Shown here: piece by piece, positions 41,116-51,556 of the stretch
Layout of the letters: every line of letters begins with the position of its first letter
Numbering within the stretch: the first letter of the stretch is position 1
Source of the DNA: Candidatus Latescibacterota bacterium
Lineage (GTDB): Bacteria > Latescibacterota > CBDEFO01
Assembly: GCA_965237525.1 (NCBI GenBank)
Contig: CBDEFO010000001.1
Coordinates: 32,001 to 96,000 of the forward strand
DNA length: 64,000 nucleotides
Reading direction: 5' to 3'
The notes under the pieces: generated by a model
What the model was told of the DNA's origin: nothing
What the model saw: only the letters and a program-made list of their open reading frames with translations
The model's database searches: none
Made by a program: the position numbers and the translations under genes

Positions 41116-42467
41116 TGCCAGATGTCGTGTTTGGCCCCGAGAAGTCAGATGGATTTCAGGTTTCCGTCAGTAGCCTCACGCTGGGGACATTGTATGAAGC
41201 GATACTTGCGTTTTCCAGTCAAGAGCGCTTTGAAACATTCTGGCCTTCAGTGTGTAAAAATGCCCGCTGGCTTATACCTTCCCAGCGCATGTGCATTTTA
41301 CTTCGCACTGGAGAAGATATCTTTGAAATTGAAGGAATGTTCGAGCACGGCAAACTTCAGAAACCAGCGGACGCCCAATACATAGCAGGAAAGAATCAGT
41401 TGGGCCGTGTGCTGGCAAGAAGCAATGCTCAGTGGTTCACGCAACACTGGAAAGAGTTCCACGAAGAAACAGATGAGCTCACTACCTGGCTCTTTGCTGA
41501 CCGACCGGACATGCTCTTTGTCCTCCCGATGATGGTGAAAGGAAAGAACAGTGGAGTAATTCTCTTTGTAATGGCCTCAATCCAAGAAACAGACCAGGCC
41601 ATGTTGAATACATTGGGTACCATTTACGCGCTGCATGTAGGAATGACGTACACCTTGATCCGAATTACTGAAGAACGCAGGAAGATGGAGAATCAGCTTG
41701 TCATGCAGGAGAAAATGGCCGCGTTGGGAAATCTGGTGGCAGGCGTTGCTCATGAAGTGAATAATCCCATCGGTGCTGTCAATAGCGCAGCAGACGTTTT
41801 AGCGCGCTGCATCGGAAATATCAACGATGTTGTCGCAAAGAGCAAAACCATTGACGAAATCAAAGGGAATTCCAAATTTCAGAAGGCCTTGAAGCTATTG
41901 GCAGAAAACAATCAAGTGGTTGTCATTGCAGGTCAGCGCATAGCCAAAATGGTACAGAATCTGAAAAATTTTGCCAGGTTACATGAAGCAGAATTCAAAA
42001 AAGCGGATATTCATGAGGGCATTGATAGTACTCTAATGCTGGTTCTGCATGAATTAAAGGATAAAGTCGAGGTGATCCAAGAATATGGAGACATTCCGCA
42101 GATCAACTGTTATCCGAACCAGCTGAACCAAGTCTTCATGAATTTGATCGTAAATGCTGCCCATTCCATCGAAGATAGTGGAATTATCAAGATTAAAACA
42201 TTTGCAGCAGATAAGCATGTTTATATAAGAATTTCTGACACAGGGAAAGGCATTACACCTGAACACTTCGATAGAATTTTTGAACCTGGATTTACAACTA
42301 AACGTATGGGTGTCGGCACAGGGTTGGGTTTATCTATTTGCTACAATATCATTCAAAAGCATAGCGGGACCATAACCGTAGAAAGTGAAGTGGGGAAAGG
42401 CACTGAGGTAACTTTAGCCTTACCGATACATCAAGCTAAAAAACCAAAGGCCACGTACAGGAGTTAG
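41112..42467 (+). CDS. Sensor histidine kinase with a divergent GAF-like N-terminus
   Basis: ATGA overlap; VAHEVNNPIG, QVFMNLIVNA, DTGKGI, GTGLGL. Confidence 0.9.
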   Translation: MMPDVVFGPEKSDGFQVSVSSLTLGTLYEAILAFSSQERFETFWPSVCKNARWLIPSQRMCILLRTGEDIFEIEGMFEHGKLQKPADAQYIAGKNQLGRVLARSNAQWFTQHWKEFHEETDELTTWLFADRPDMLFVLPMMVKGKNSGVILFVMASIQETDQAMLNTLGTIYALHVGMTYTLIRITEERRKMENQLVMQEKMAALGNLVAGVAHEVNNPIGAVNSAADVLARCIGNINDVVAKSKTIDEIKGNSKFQKALKLLAENNQVVVIAGQRIAKMVQNLKNFARLHEAEFKKADIHEGIDSTLMLVLHELKDKVEVIQEYGDIPQINCYPNQLNQVFMNLIVNAAHSIEDSGIIKIKTFAADKHVYIRISDTGKGITPEHFDRIFEPGFTTKRMGVGTGLGLSICYNIIQKHSGTITVESEVGKGTEVTLALPIHQAKKPKATYRS

Positions 42468-42498
42468 TTGCCGCGCCCTGACAAGAAAGGAGCGAAAC

Positions 42499-43557
42499 TT
42501 GTTGAGCAGTCACCCTCTTCGACACTGGAATTTCTGTTTGGTGTCAGCTTTCGTCATCGGTCTTGCTCTCACCAACATGCCAGCGGTGGGAGGTGCAGAA
42601 CAGGTGCCGACGGGAGATCCGAGCATCCTCCCTCCGGGTGCCAAGCTGAAAAAACTGTTCGACCAAGCTTTTCTTACAGAAGGACCTGCTGTGGCACCGG
42701 ATGGCACTGTCTACTTCAGCGACATTACCTTTACGTCTGCGTCAGGAATGCAAGCAGGTCACATCTGGAAGTTTGACCCCAAGACCGGTAAGACCACCAT
42801 TTTCCGCTCTCCCAGCGGAATGTCCAACGGAATAAAATTTGATGCTAAAGGACGCATGGTGGTGGCAGAAGGAGCGGACTTTGGGGGGCGCCGCATCATC
42901 CGCACGGATATGACAACGGGCAAGAGTGAAATCCTCTCCGGCTTCTATGATGGGCGCCCGTTCAACTCTCCAAATGACTTGACCATTGATGAGAAGGGGC
43001 GGATCTACTTCAGTGACCCCCGGTATCTCGGGCATGAACCGGTCGATCAGCCCGTGATGGGGGTGTATCGAATTGATCTGGATGGCTCGGTCCACCTCAT
43101 TATCACGGATGCGGGAAAGCCGAATGGTGTGGCTGTCTCACCTGATCAGAGGACATTATACGTGGTAAGTAACGACAATGGTACAATAGGCTTTGACCGG
43201 CTTCCCCAAGGAGCGAAGACCCACAAAGGGCGAATGGCGTTGATGGCGCATGACTTAGCCTTGGATGGAACCGCCAACTTTAGAAGAGTGCTGGTTGACT
43301 ACTATCCAGAGGATGGACCAGACGGATTGATCGTGGACGTGGAGGGGAATCTCTATGTGGCCGAGCGTAATCTGAAACGCCCGGGGATTGCCATCCGTTC
43401 ACCTGAAGGCAAGGAGCTGGCGTTTATCCCAACTGAGGTACCGACCAACGTCGCATTTGGCCGTGGAGCAGAGAGCACGACCCTATACATCACAGCAGGG
43501 GAGAGTCTTTATAAGATCAAGATGATGAAAGAAGGCTATCATCTGCCGTCCAAGTAA
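42499..43557 (+). CDS. Secreted SMP-30/gluconolactonase family protein
   Basis: Signal peptide; TEGPA, SNGI, NSPNDL, PNGV, PDGL and PTNVAFG motifs. Confidence 0.9.
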   Translation: MLSSHPLRHWNFCLVSAFVIGLALTNMPAVGGAEQVPTGDPSILPPGAKLKKLFDQAFLTEGPAVAPDGTVYFSDITFTSASGMQAGHIWKFDPKTGKTTIFRSPSGMSNGIKFDAKGRMVVAEGADFGGRRIIRTDMTTGKSEILSGFYDGRPFNSPNDLTIDEKGRIYFSDPRYLGHEPVDQPVMGVYRIDLDGSVHLIITDAGKPNGVAVSPDQRTLYVVSNDNGTIGFDRLPQGAKTHKGRMALMAHDLALDGTANFRRVLVDYYPEDGPDGLIVDVEGNLYVAERNLKRPGIAIRSPEGKELAFIPTEVPTNVAFGRGAESTTLYITAGESLYKIKMMKEGYHLPSK

Positions 43558-43748
43558 GGACATACACCATAACAAGGTCAGGGACAACACCTTTGATCCG
43601 TATCTTTATATCTTCCCACCTGATCGACCAACACTGATGAATACCACGGCCAGACAGCTAGCGATGGCTTGCAGCAGACCCTGGGGTGTAACTTCGGTGA
43701 GCGGGCAATCGGCAGGCTCTGGGACGATCCGACATAAAACTATCTTGT

Positions 43749-43820
43749 CCTGCTGAAGTTATCCAGAAAGATCACAAAGTCGGACAGGCCGAATTCTCCA
43801 TCATTGTCCAAATCAAATGG
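43749..43820 (-). pseudogene. Dockerin/EF-hand-like gene remnant
   Basis: Reverse strand reads PFDLDNDGEFGLSDFVIFLDNFSR. Confidence 0.45.
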
Positions 43821-43937
43821 GGAATCCCAACTTCAATGTTTGACGTCGAGGCCAACAGAGTTCGACAGAAGCTAGCCAACAATTGCTTAGCGGTCCACCA
43901 TATCGGAAGTACAGCCTTGTAGGAAATGATGTTGAAT

Positions 43938-44009
43938 TGGGGTCTTATATAGCTCAAATAGCTGTATATAGGTTCTTAGCATAGAAAACTGTATAGGCCC
44001 TAGTTAGGC
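43938..44009 (+). repeat. 72-bp repeat ending in GTTAGGC (attI-like site, copy 1)
   Basis: 4 mismatches to 47656-47727; similarity stops right after the GTTRRRY core. Confidence 0.65.
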
Positions 44010-44046
44010 GGCAACACGAAGTGAACCAAGAGATCGAGGAAACAAG

Positions 44047-44454
44047 AGGGATAGAGAGCGCGTAGCCCAAAATCTGGCGGCTGTGGAGAGCTACTTCCAC
44101 AGCGAAGCGCTGAATGAGGTCGAAGCGGCGCTCGAGACGTTTACCAACGACATCGTTTGGGAAGCACCTGCCCCGAATGGTCTTGATTGATCCTTCTCCG
44201 GGAAGGAAGCTGCTGCCACGAATTACCAGGAACTCTTTGCGTCCATGCGTGATGCGAAGTTCCAGTTTCTTCAGCGGTTCGCTATCGAAGATCGCGTTGT
44301 GGATGACGGCATCGTCACGTTCGAGGTGGCCAAGGATGGATACTGATATTTTCCAGTCGGCAGCAAGATTGAAATGCGGCTGGTTCACATCTTTGAGATG
44401 CGAGACGGGAACATTTCACGGGAGATCGTCTTCGACATGGGACGCCCTGTGTAA
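44047..44454 (+). pseudogene. SnoaL/NTF2-like gene (cassette-like) with lost start and two in-frame TGA
   Basis: RDRERVAQNLAAVESYFHSE..FTNDIVWE..GKEA..MRLVHIFEMRDGNISRE; TGA at 44188 and 44344; AGG in place of ATG. Confidence 0.75.
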
Positions 44455-44476
44455 GCTATGCAGAGGTACCGTCGCC

Positions 44477-44539
44477 GCCTAACAACGGCATCCAGCTGAC
44501 AGCGCTGACGCGTCGCATCTGATGCCGGCACCGTAATTG
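44477..44539 (+). other. Integron attC-like site (R' end degenerate)
   Basis: GCCTAAC (R'') then ggcatCcagctg...catctgatgcc arms with an extrahelical base; GCCTAAC is the exact complement of the upstream GTTAGGC. Confidence 0.7.
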
Positions 44540-44640
44540 TGATCCAGGACACGCGATACGGCCCCGGACCGGCCGGTAGCCGGGCGATGATCAGCCGCGA
44601 TGAAGGTGAAACCTGGGAGGATGAGGTCTACTACCTGTTG
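44527..44640 (+). pseudogene. Short BNR/sialidase gene fragment fused to the attC end
   Basis: GTVIVIQDTRYGPGPAGSRAMISRDEGETWEDEVYYL (Asp-box SxDxGxTW). Confidence 0.55.
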
Positions 44641-44785
44641 GAGTTACCACACATCCTCTATAGTTTTTATCCTTGTATCCGGAACATGGAATAGATCTTA
44701 TCAAGCACCATATTATGATATGGTACTATGTAGATTGGCTATGGCTATAATGGCTATAGATGAAGTAGTTATATAGGGAGGCACT

Positions 44786-47506
44786 ATGAGGCACACTGAA
44801 GAACTTGCCTGGATACATAGAGGCTTTGAGGAGTTTTCCAGGGGATCCTTCGAGAATGGGGGAGATAACCTCTATGTGAACGCCAGGGGAACCATAGAGA
44901 CGATCCACAGGTTTGATGTCAATGACGACGGCTATGTGGACATTGTGTTCCCCAACTCGCATGGCTACATCGAGCGCGGACCAACATGGATTTACACCCA
45001 GGCAGAGGGCAGAGACTGGCAAAGGCGCGAGCTGCCTAACGACAGTGGGTGGATGAGTCGGGTCGTGGATGTCGACGGCGACGGGTACCTCGACCTGATC
45101 GTAGTGAATGCGGAGAACGGCGTTACATCGGAGCTGGACTCGTACATTTACTGGGGCGGCGCTGACGGGCTGAGCGGAGATCGCACCGAGCTTCCTACTG
45201 CAGGCGCGTACGATGTGGCCCTCTTTGACCTCACGGGTAACGGGTGCTTAGACATCATCCTGCCATCGGCATGGGTCGACCACCACAACGCGGGAAAACC
45301 CCGACTCATGCACGTGTATGAGCAGGTAGAGCCACGCAGGTTCAGAGACGCATCAGAGCGCTACGGGCTCCTCGGCGTCGCGGCCCTCTCGGTCGCCTGC
45401 AAAGACCTGAACGGAGACGGCTGGCCTGATCTTGTTGTGGCCAACTACCGCGAGGAATTCGAGTACGATATCGACTCTTTCATTTACTGGGGAACAGAAG
45501 ACGGCTTTGACACTATTTCGCCTCTCATGCTTCCCTCTCATTATGCTATGCAGGTTGTTCTGAGCGATCTGAATGGAGACGGGGCTAAGGAGGTCATCTT
45601 CACCGGAGGGAACAGGATCTATATCTACTGGAACAGGGGAGGCAGCTTTCGTCCCGACGACCTCACGGTTCTGGAAGCCGAAGGCAACACCACCATGTTC
45701 AGCCGGGGCGCAATACGTGTGGAAGTAGCCGATGTGGATGGCGACGGCAGGAACGAGCTTGTCCTCGCCACGTTGGAAGGAGTAGAGATACGGGCACAGG
45801 ACGACCTGCACAACGTGGCGGCCCTGCTGCCGATGAAGTACTGTAGCTGGGTGGAGAGCGCTGACCTCGACGGTGACGGACGGCTCGACTTGTTAACGTC
45901 CAGGTACCAGAACGGAAAGACATATGAGTCCGAATCGGCTGTTTTCTGGAACGGCCCCGAAGGATTCTCGTGCGACCGGGTGACTTGGCTGTCGACAACA
46001 GGTGCTGTGGGCTGTACTGCGGGCGACCTGGACGGCGATGGTAGACCAGAGATCATTTTCAACAATACACTTCGCGGCCCTTCCCAGTTCGATCCTGACT
46101 TTCCTGTCTACATCTATCTCGGTAACAAGCAATGCGAGTACGACCCTTCCCGGAGGCTGGAGCTTCCAACAGGAGGAGAAAGCAACACCTATGCGTTGGC
46201 GGATCTGGATCTGGACGGCTATACTGATCTCGTGTTTACGTCGCCGGAAGGCCTCCGGGTCTTTCACGGCGGCCCCGACGGACTGCTGCCGGACAGGTAC
46301 TCCATCCTGCCCAGCCGGGGACAGTCCCTGGCTTACGTGCTCGTAGCTGACTTCAACCGTGATGGATGGCTGGACTTGCTTGCAGTAGCCTACACATACG
46401 ACGACAAGCCCGAGACCATGGTAAACTCTTCAATGATTTTCTACGGCTCGCCTTCAGGGTTTTCGCCCGAGCGTTCGACAGTCGTGCCGACCTACTGCGG
46501 CGGAAACGCCCTGCTCGCCGACGTCAACAAAGACGGCTGGCTCGACATTATCGTCTATAACAAACGGGATTACCTTTCAATGTACCTTGGAGGTCCTGAC
46601 GGATACTCTGAAGAAAGAATGTGGAAGGTCCCCATCAAAGGATCCGGTCCAGACGGCGTGGCAGCCATAAACTGCGCCGATCTGAACGGGAATGGGTGGC
46701 TGGACTTAATCGTGGTGGTCACGGGCCACTACGCCCGCGAGGACAGCGGGTTCTACCTCCTCTATGGGGGCCCGGATGGTTACTGCCAGGACAGGATCGA
46801 ATTCCATTCCACAGACGCCTCAGGCATCCGGATATCCGTTGCGGATCTCAACAACAACGGGAATTTGGACCTGCTCGTCCCGGCTTATTCGACTAAGTTC
46901 TCCCGGGAGTTGCCAGCCTACATCTTCTGGGGTGATGGAAAGAGTTTCGACTTCGACAATCCCCTGCTCATCCCCTGCGATTCCTCGTGTGCTTTCATGG
47001 CTGTTGATATAACTGGCAATGGATATCTCGACCTGTTTACGGTCTGCCATCGCAACGATCTCGGACACCAGGTGGACTCCCTGCTCTTCTGGAACGGACC
47101 TGAGGGGATTTCATTCGACCGGGTCACCCGTTTGCCGGGTCTGGGACCCCATCTGGCATCTCCACGGGATTTCGGAAATGCCTACACGCGCGAGCCGCTT
47201 GAGAATTATCTTTCCCCGGCCTACGATATGAAAGGCGCCAAGCCGGTCAGGTTGTGCTGGAAGGCGGATACCCCTAAAAAGACGCAGGTCAAGTTCCAGC
47301 TTCGCTGGGCGGAGAGCCAAGACAAGCTTGAAAGCGCCCACTGGAAAGGGCCAGCATCTGTGGGAAGTTTCTATGAAGAGTCAGGGGAGCAGATCAATGG
47401 AGTGGATAGGGATGCCAGGTGGTTACAGTACAAGGCGACACTGGTTTACCTGAACGGTTGTCGTTCGCCGAAGCTGGAGGAAGTTCGCGTGGATTTAGAA
47501 CGTTAA
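44786..47506 (+). CDS. FG-GAP/VCBS repeat beta-propeller protein
   Basis: About 13 D[LV][ND]GDG..D[LI] repeats with YWG motifs; GGAGG RBS. Confidence 0.9.
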   Translation: MRHTEELAWIHRGFEEFSRGSFENGGDNLYVNARGTIETIHRFDVNDDGYVDIVFPNSHGYIERGPTWIYTQAEGRDWQRRELPNDSGWMSRVVDVDGDGYLDLIVVNAENGVTSELDSYIYWGGADGLSGDRTELPTAGAYDVALFDLTGNGCLDIILPSAWVDHHNAGKPRLMHVYEQVEPRRFRDASERYGLLGVAALSVACKDLNGDGWPDLVVANYREEFEYDIDSFIYWGTEDGFDTISPLMLPSHYAMQVVLSDLNGDGAKEVIFTGGNRIYIYWNRGGSFRPDDLTVLEAEGNTTMFSRGAIRVEVADVDGDGRNELVLATLEGVEIRAQDDLHNVAALLPMKYCSWVESADLDGDGRLDLLTSRYQNGKTYESESAVFWNGPEGFSCDRVTWLSTTGAVGCTAGDLDGDGRPEIIFNNTLRGPSQFDPDFPVYIYLGNKQCEYDPSRRLELPTGGESNTYALADLDLDGYTDLVFTSPEGLRVFHGGPDGLLPDRYSILPSRGQSLAYVLVADFNRDGWLDLLAVAYTYDDKPETMVNSSMIFYGSPSGFSPERSTVVPTYCGGNALLADVNKDGWLDIIVYNKRDYLSMYLGGPDGYSEERMWKVPIKGSGPDGVAAINCADLNGNGWLDLIVVVTGHYAREDSGFYLLYGGPDGYCQDRIEFHSTDASGIRISVADLNNNGNLDLLVPAYSTKFSRELPAYIFWGDGKSFDFDNPLLIPCDSSCAFMAVDITGNGYLDLFTVCHRNDLGHQVDSLLFWNGPEGISFDRVTRLPGLGPHLASPRDFGNAYTREPLENYLSPAYDMKGAKPVRLCWKADTPKKTQVKFQLRWAESQDKLESAHWKGPASVGSFYEESGEQINGVDRDARWLQYKATLVYLNGCRSPKLEEVRVDLER

Positions 47507-47655
47507 GAGGCTGGACGTGTAGCTCCATCGAGAGCTATGAATTGGCTTATACAGAAGAAAGCAGACAGTTCTGTATATAATTCCTACAAAACTTATGATA
47601 ATTATGACTTAAGAGAATGATTTTTTAATATTACAGGTTTTTCTTAATATTTAAG

Positions 47656-47727
47656 TGGGGCCTTATATAGCTCAAATAGCTGTATATAGGTTCATAGCAT
47701 AGAAAACTGTATAAGCCCTAGTTGGGC
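47656..47727 (+). repeat. 72-bp repeat ending in GTTGGGC (attI-like site, copy 2)
   Basis: Near-identical to 43938-44009; AT-rich upstream region. Confidence 0.65.
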
Positions 47728-47844
47728 CGAACCGTCCACGATGTCCTATGCATGAACGTGTAAGCCCTGGCGGATGAGAGTCGCGCCACGAGCGTGCAGG
47801 CGTAACTGAAACGTCCGTTGGGTTCGACATCCAGGAGGATCTGA

Positions 47845-48855
47845 ATGAATAAGTGCGATCTCTTCACATCTACCGAGGAAGGCTACCATACGTACCGCAT
47901 CCCCGCCTTAGCGATCACCCCTCGCGGCACGGTTCTGGCGTTCTGCGAGGCCCGCAGGAACAACGGCCACGACGACGACGAGATAGACATCCTGCTGCGG
48001 CGCAGCTTCAATGGAGGCCAGACCTGGAAGCCTCGACAGATGGTTGTCTCCGCCGGGGACCGCACATGCCACAATCCTTGTCCTGTAGTAGATGATCACA
48101 CGGGCACCATTTTCCTGCTCTTCTGCAAGGACTACCAGCAGGTCTTCCTGTCCCGGAGCGAAGACGAAGGCGAGACGTGGTCCGCACCGGTGGAGATTAT
48201 CCCAGATGTGAAGGACGCCACGTGGACTTACGTGGGCACTGGGCCGGGCCACGGCATCCAGCTCACGAGCGGCCGGCTGCTTGTCCCGGCGTGGGCCGAC
48301 GAGAGCCCCGGACCTCCTACTTGGCGAGAGCCGCCTGCCACTTGGGGACAGGTGCAGTCATCGGTCGCCTTCTTCAGCGACGACCACGGGGAGAGCTGGC
48401 AACGCGGTGCGAAGATGACCACCGACGCGTCCGACGAGTGCGAAGCCGTGGAGGTTGCGGACGGCACCGTCTACATGACCATGCGAAGTCGACAGGGGCG
48501 GAAGTGCCGCGCCTTCGCCTGGAGCCGAGATGGCGGAGAGAACTGGTCGGAGGTCGAATACGAACCCGATCTTCCCGAGCCCTCCTGCCAGGGCAGCATC
48601 GTTCGTTTCGACGCCGAGCGCATCCTGCTCGTACATCCGAGCCACACCCACGAACGCACCTGTCTGACCGTGCGCCTGAGCCGCGATGAGTGTCGGACCT
48701 GGTCCGTGGCGAGGGTGCTTGAGCCGGGGTCGTCGGCCTATTCCGACCTCGCCATCCCCGCCGACGGGCACATCTTCTGCTTCTATGAAGCTGACAACTA
48801 CGGCCAACTCGTCCTCGCGCAGTTCAACATGGAGTGGCTCGAGGAGCAGGTGTGA
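47845..48855 (+). CDS. Sialidase (GH33/BNR) family protein
   Basis: YRIP motif, multiple Asp-boxes, GPGHGIQ, DECE, SCQGS, AYS; visibly higher GC than its flanks. Confidence 0.92.
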   Translation: MNKCDLFTSTEEGYHTYRIPALAITPRGTVLAFCEARRNNGHDDDEIDILLRRSFNGGQTWKPRQMVVSAGDRTCHNPCPVVDDHTGTIFLLFCKDYQQVFLSRSEDEGETWSAPVEIIPDVKDATWTYVGTGPGHGIQLTSGRLLVPAWADESPGPPTWREPPATWGQVQSSVAFFSDDHGESWQRGAKMTTDASDECEAVEVADGTVYMTMRSRQGRKCRAFAWSRDGGENWSEVEYEPDLPEPSCQGSIVRFDAERILLVHPSHTHERTCLTVRLSRDECRTWSVARVLEPGSSAYSDLAIPADGHIFCFYEADNYGQLVLAQFNMEWLEEQV

Positions 48856-49205
48856 CACAGCGGATGGCACCGTGAAAGTGTTAAGGCATGGGAAAGACAG
48901 ATTAAGAGGCAGCGCGCTGAGGTGACCACCTCAAGCGGAACTATGGGTGGTGTCGAAGCGGGTCGTCCCAACAAGTCAATCCTGTCAGCTTACATAAAAC
49001 ACTACCTACTGTTGATGCCAAGACTTTCATCTCCGTTCCGTTATTCGGTAATCCTGTAATTTAGTAGCTTGCAAAACTTCGTCGGATATCTTAAGTCACA
49101 AGATAGGTGTGTTTACTTCGTGGTGAACCCCCTCGCATTAAGACTAGGTCGAAGCCAACCAGTTGAACGACAGACATAAAGCGTATTGTAGACCCCGCAA
49201 TAGAT

Positions 49206-50165
49206 TCATTCGAGGGACAGTGGCGGCGACCAAGAAGGCATTTGGTCCTCAGCCGGGTTGTCGGTCAGCCTTATGGGGTTTGTGCCATCAGCGTTTATCA
49301 CGTAGATTTCCCCATTGCCATCGCGAGTTGACTGAAAGACGATCTTCGTCCCATCCGGAGACCAAAAGGGCAGCTCGTCCATCGCCCTGTTATCGGTCAG
49401 ACGTGTCTGGTTTGTTCCGTCAGCGTCCATCACGTAGATTTCATAGTTGCCATCGCGGTGTGACCAAAAGAGGATCTTCTGCCCATCCGGAGACCAGGTA
49501 GGTCTAAAATCATCCGCCGTGTTGTCGGTCACTCTTATGAGGTCTGTTCCGTCAGTGTTCATCAGATAGATTTCATAGTCGCCATCTAAATCTGACATGA
49601 AGATAATCTTCCTCCCATCCGGAGACCAAGAAGGAAAGCCGTCACGCGCCGGGCTGTCAGTCAGTCTTATCGGGTCTGTTCCGTCAGCGTTCATCACATA
49701 GATCTCATAGTTGCCATCGCGGTGTGACCGAAATGCGATCTTCTGCCCATCCGGAGACCAAGAAGGCGCGGTGTCGTACTCGGCGTTGTCGGTGAGGCGT
49801 GTCTGGTTTGTCCCGTCAGCGTTCATCACGTAGATTTCCCCGTTGCCATCGCGGTATGAGACAAATGCGATCTTTCTCCCGTCCGGAGACCAGGAGGGCA
49901 GGAAGTCCTTCACCGTGTTGAAGGTCAGTCTTATTGGGTCTGTTCCATCAGCGTTCATCACGTAAATTTCAGAGGTTCTAAATTCGGGGATTGTAGAAAT
50001 GGTGTAATAATAGCTGCCTTGGGGATATGACACAAAAGCGATTTTCGACTTTGACAGACTGGACTGTGTTTGATCTGCGGCATTCTCCTGACCAGAGCCC
50101 GAGAGCACCGGAAACAACAGGAGATTCAACAGAGCTATGAGATGAAAGGTCCATCGTGTTCCCAT
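49206..50165 (-). CDS. Secreted TolB-like PD40 repeat beta-propeller
   Basis: Signal peptide; repeated PSWSPDG.KI.F.S.RDGN.EIYVMNADGT units of about 44 aa. Confidence 0.92.
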   Translation of the reverse strand: MGTRWTFHLIALLNLLLFPVLSGSGQENAADQTQSSLSKSKIAFVSYPQGSYYYTISTIPEFRTSEIYVMNADGTDPIRLTFNTVKDFLPSWSPDGRKIAFVSYRDGNGEIYVMNADGTNQTRLTDNAEYDTAPSWSPDGQKIAFRSHRDGNYEIYVMNADGTDPIRLTDSPARDGFPSWSPDGRKIIFMSDLDGDYEIYLMNTDGTDLIRVTDNTADDFRPTWSPDGQKILFWSHRDGNYEIYVMDADGTNQTRLTDNRAMDELPFWSPDGTKIVFQSTRDGNGEIYVINADGTNPIRLTDNPAEDQMPSWSPPLSLE

Positions 50166-50669
50166 AATGGTATCACTCCTTTTTGATAGCCTAATGGAGT
50201 TCAGCCCCCATGTTCGCCTTTATGATATTGCAGTGAGACATCAATATTGGGTAGTCCCTCCATATAGCATTGATTATTCTGATGAGTAAGGACTCTCTCA
50301 ACTCCAGACATCATCTGTTCCAAACATCATCTGTCAAAGCGGCCATCCTAGCAGATGTCCTACGCCGATAACGTCCTCTGGATATGCAAAGCGACCCAAG
50401 TCAAGTTTGTGCGAAAGACGTAAGCTGCAAAGCCAAAGTTAAGCGCCTGCGGCGGTTTTGGGATAGCAAACAGACAACACTGGCGGCTATAACCCTCTAT
50501 TGCGTAGAGTTATCAGCTAATCTTCTGTGTCCTTCCGTATGATACTCCTGAGCTAGCTGACATAAACTTCTGAACATGACCCCTGAGCCATGCAAACGGT
50601 TGCCTGTACTCAAGAACGTATTCTTGGATCTTTACAACAATCTCGATTTCGCCCCATCATCCACTCCCC

Positions 50670-51556
50670 TTACTCCTCAAAGTCAGGAGGTACGGTCTTC
50701 CAGGAATTGAGCCAATTCCATTTCCACAGAACCTTCTTGGCTGGCATTTCCACTTCGTACTCAACACCCGAGCTGAAAGGCAGCACTGTAGTCCGGTCGC
50801 CGACCGTTTCCCGTACCCACTCGATAAAACCCGCCACGTCAGTCACGTTAGGAGGCCAATGCCCTTCGGGAATCGGCTCCGAGACCCTGTACGTCCGGTA
50901 ATGTATCGGGATCATAAACCGCGGCTGTACGAAGTCCAGAAACTGCTGGAGTTTCTCCGACAGATCGGGGCCCTGCCATTCGGTCAGACCCATCTTCATG
51001 TGGATGAGAAAGTCCACCCTTCCCTGGATCTTCTGCAGCACCGGATACGGCAAGTGCAGGTCTCCGGTGTGCAGGAACGAGACTCCTTCTCCTTATGGGC
51101 AACCAGGTACCCACAGGTAGGAAGCTGAGGACTCTGGTTCTCGTCGCTTTCAATGGTCTCCACGCGGAAATTCCCCAGATCCGCCTCGACAGGGCCTGGG
51201 AAAGTCCGTTCGTCGCCCTTGCTGTTGTTGAGGTACTTGTGATAAATGACCTGGAGCTTCTCCTCGGCTATGTGTTTAGTGATAGGCAGATCCCGATCGA
51301 AGGACGCTGGCCCGGCCGGCTTGAGGCACCCGGGAATTATAAAAAGCTTCTTGAACCGATCCCCGCGGCAGGGCTGGCGCAGGCTCTTGGGCTGACAATG
51401 GTCGAAGTGCTCGTGGCTGATGAAGATGTAATCGTATATCGGCTCCGCCTTCTCCAGCTTCTCACCAAAGAGAAAGGGATCGAAAGCAAAGTTGACATCA
51501 CCCAGCCGCACCTCAAAGGCCCCACACCCCGACCATCGCAGAAAAATGTTTTCCAT
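50670..51556 (-). pseudogene. Metallo-beta-lactamase-fold hydrolase (UlaG-like), frameshifted near 51085
   Basis: FDPF, SHEHFDH, IPIHY; adding one G gives KEKGVSFLHTGDLHLPYP, joining the two ORFs. Confidence 0.8.

Noticed and set aside
47540..47720. LexA box or intI 5' remnant upstream of attI-like copy 2
   Set aside because: The CTGTATATA half-sites lack a correctly spaced ACAG partner, and no integrase-like translation was found
49206..50000. 132-bp tandem DNA repeat as a non-coding array
   Set aside because: Explained by the PD40 protein repeats of the TolB-like gene
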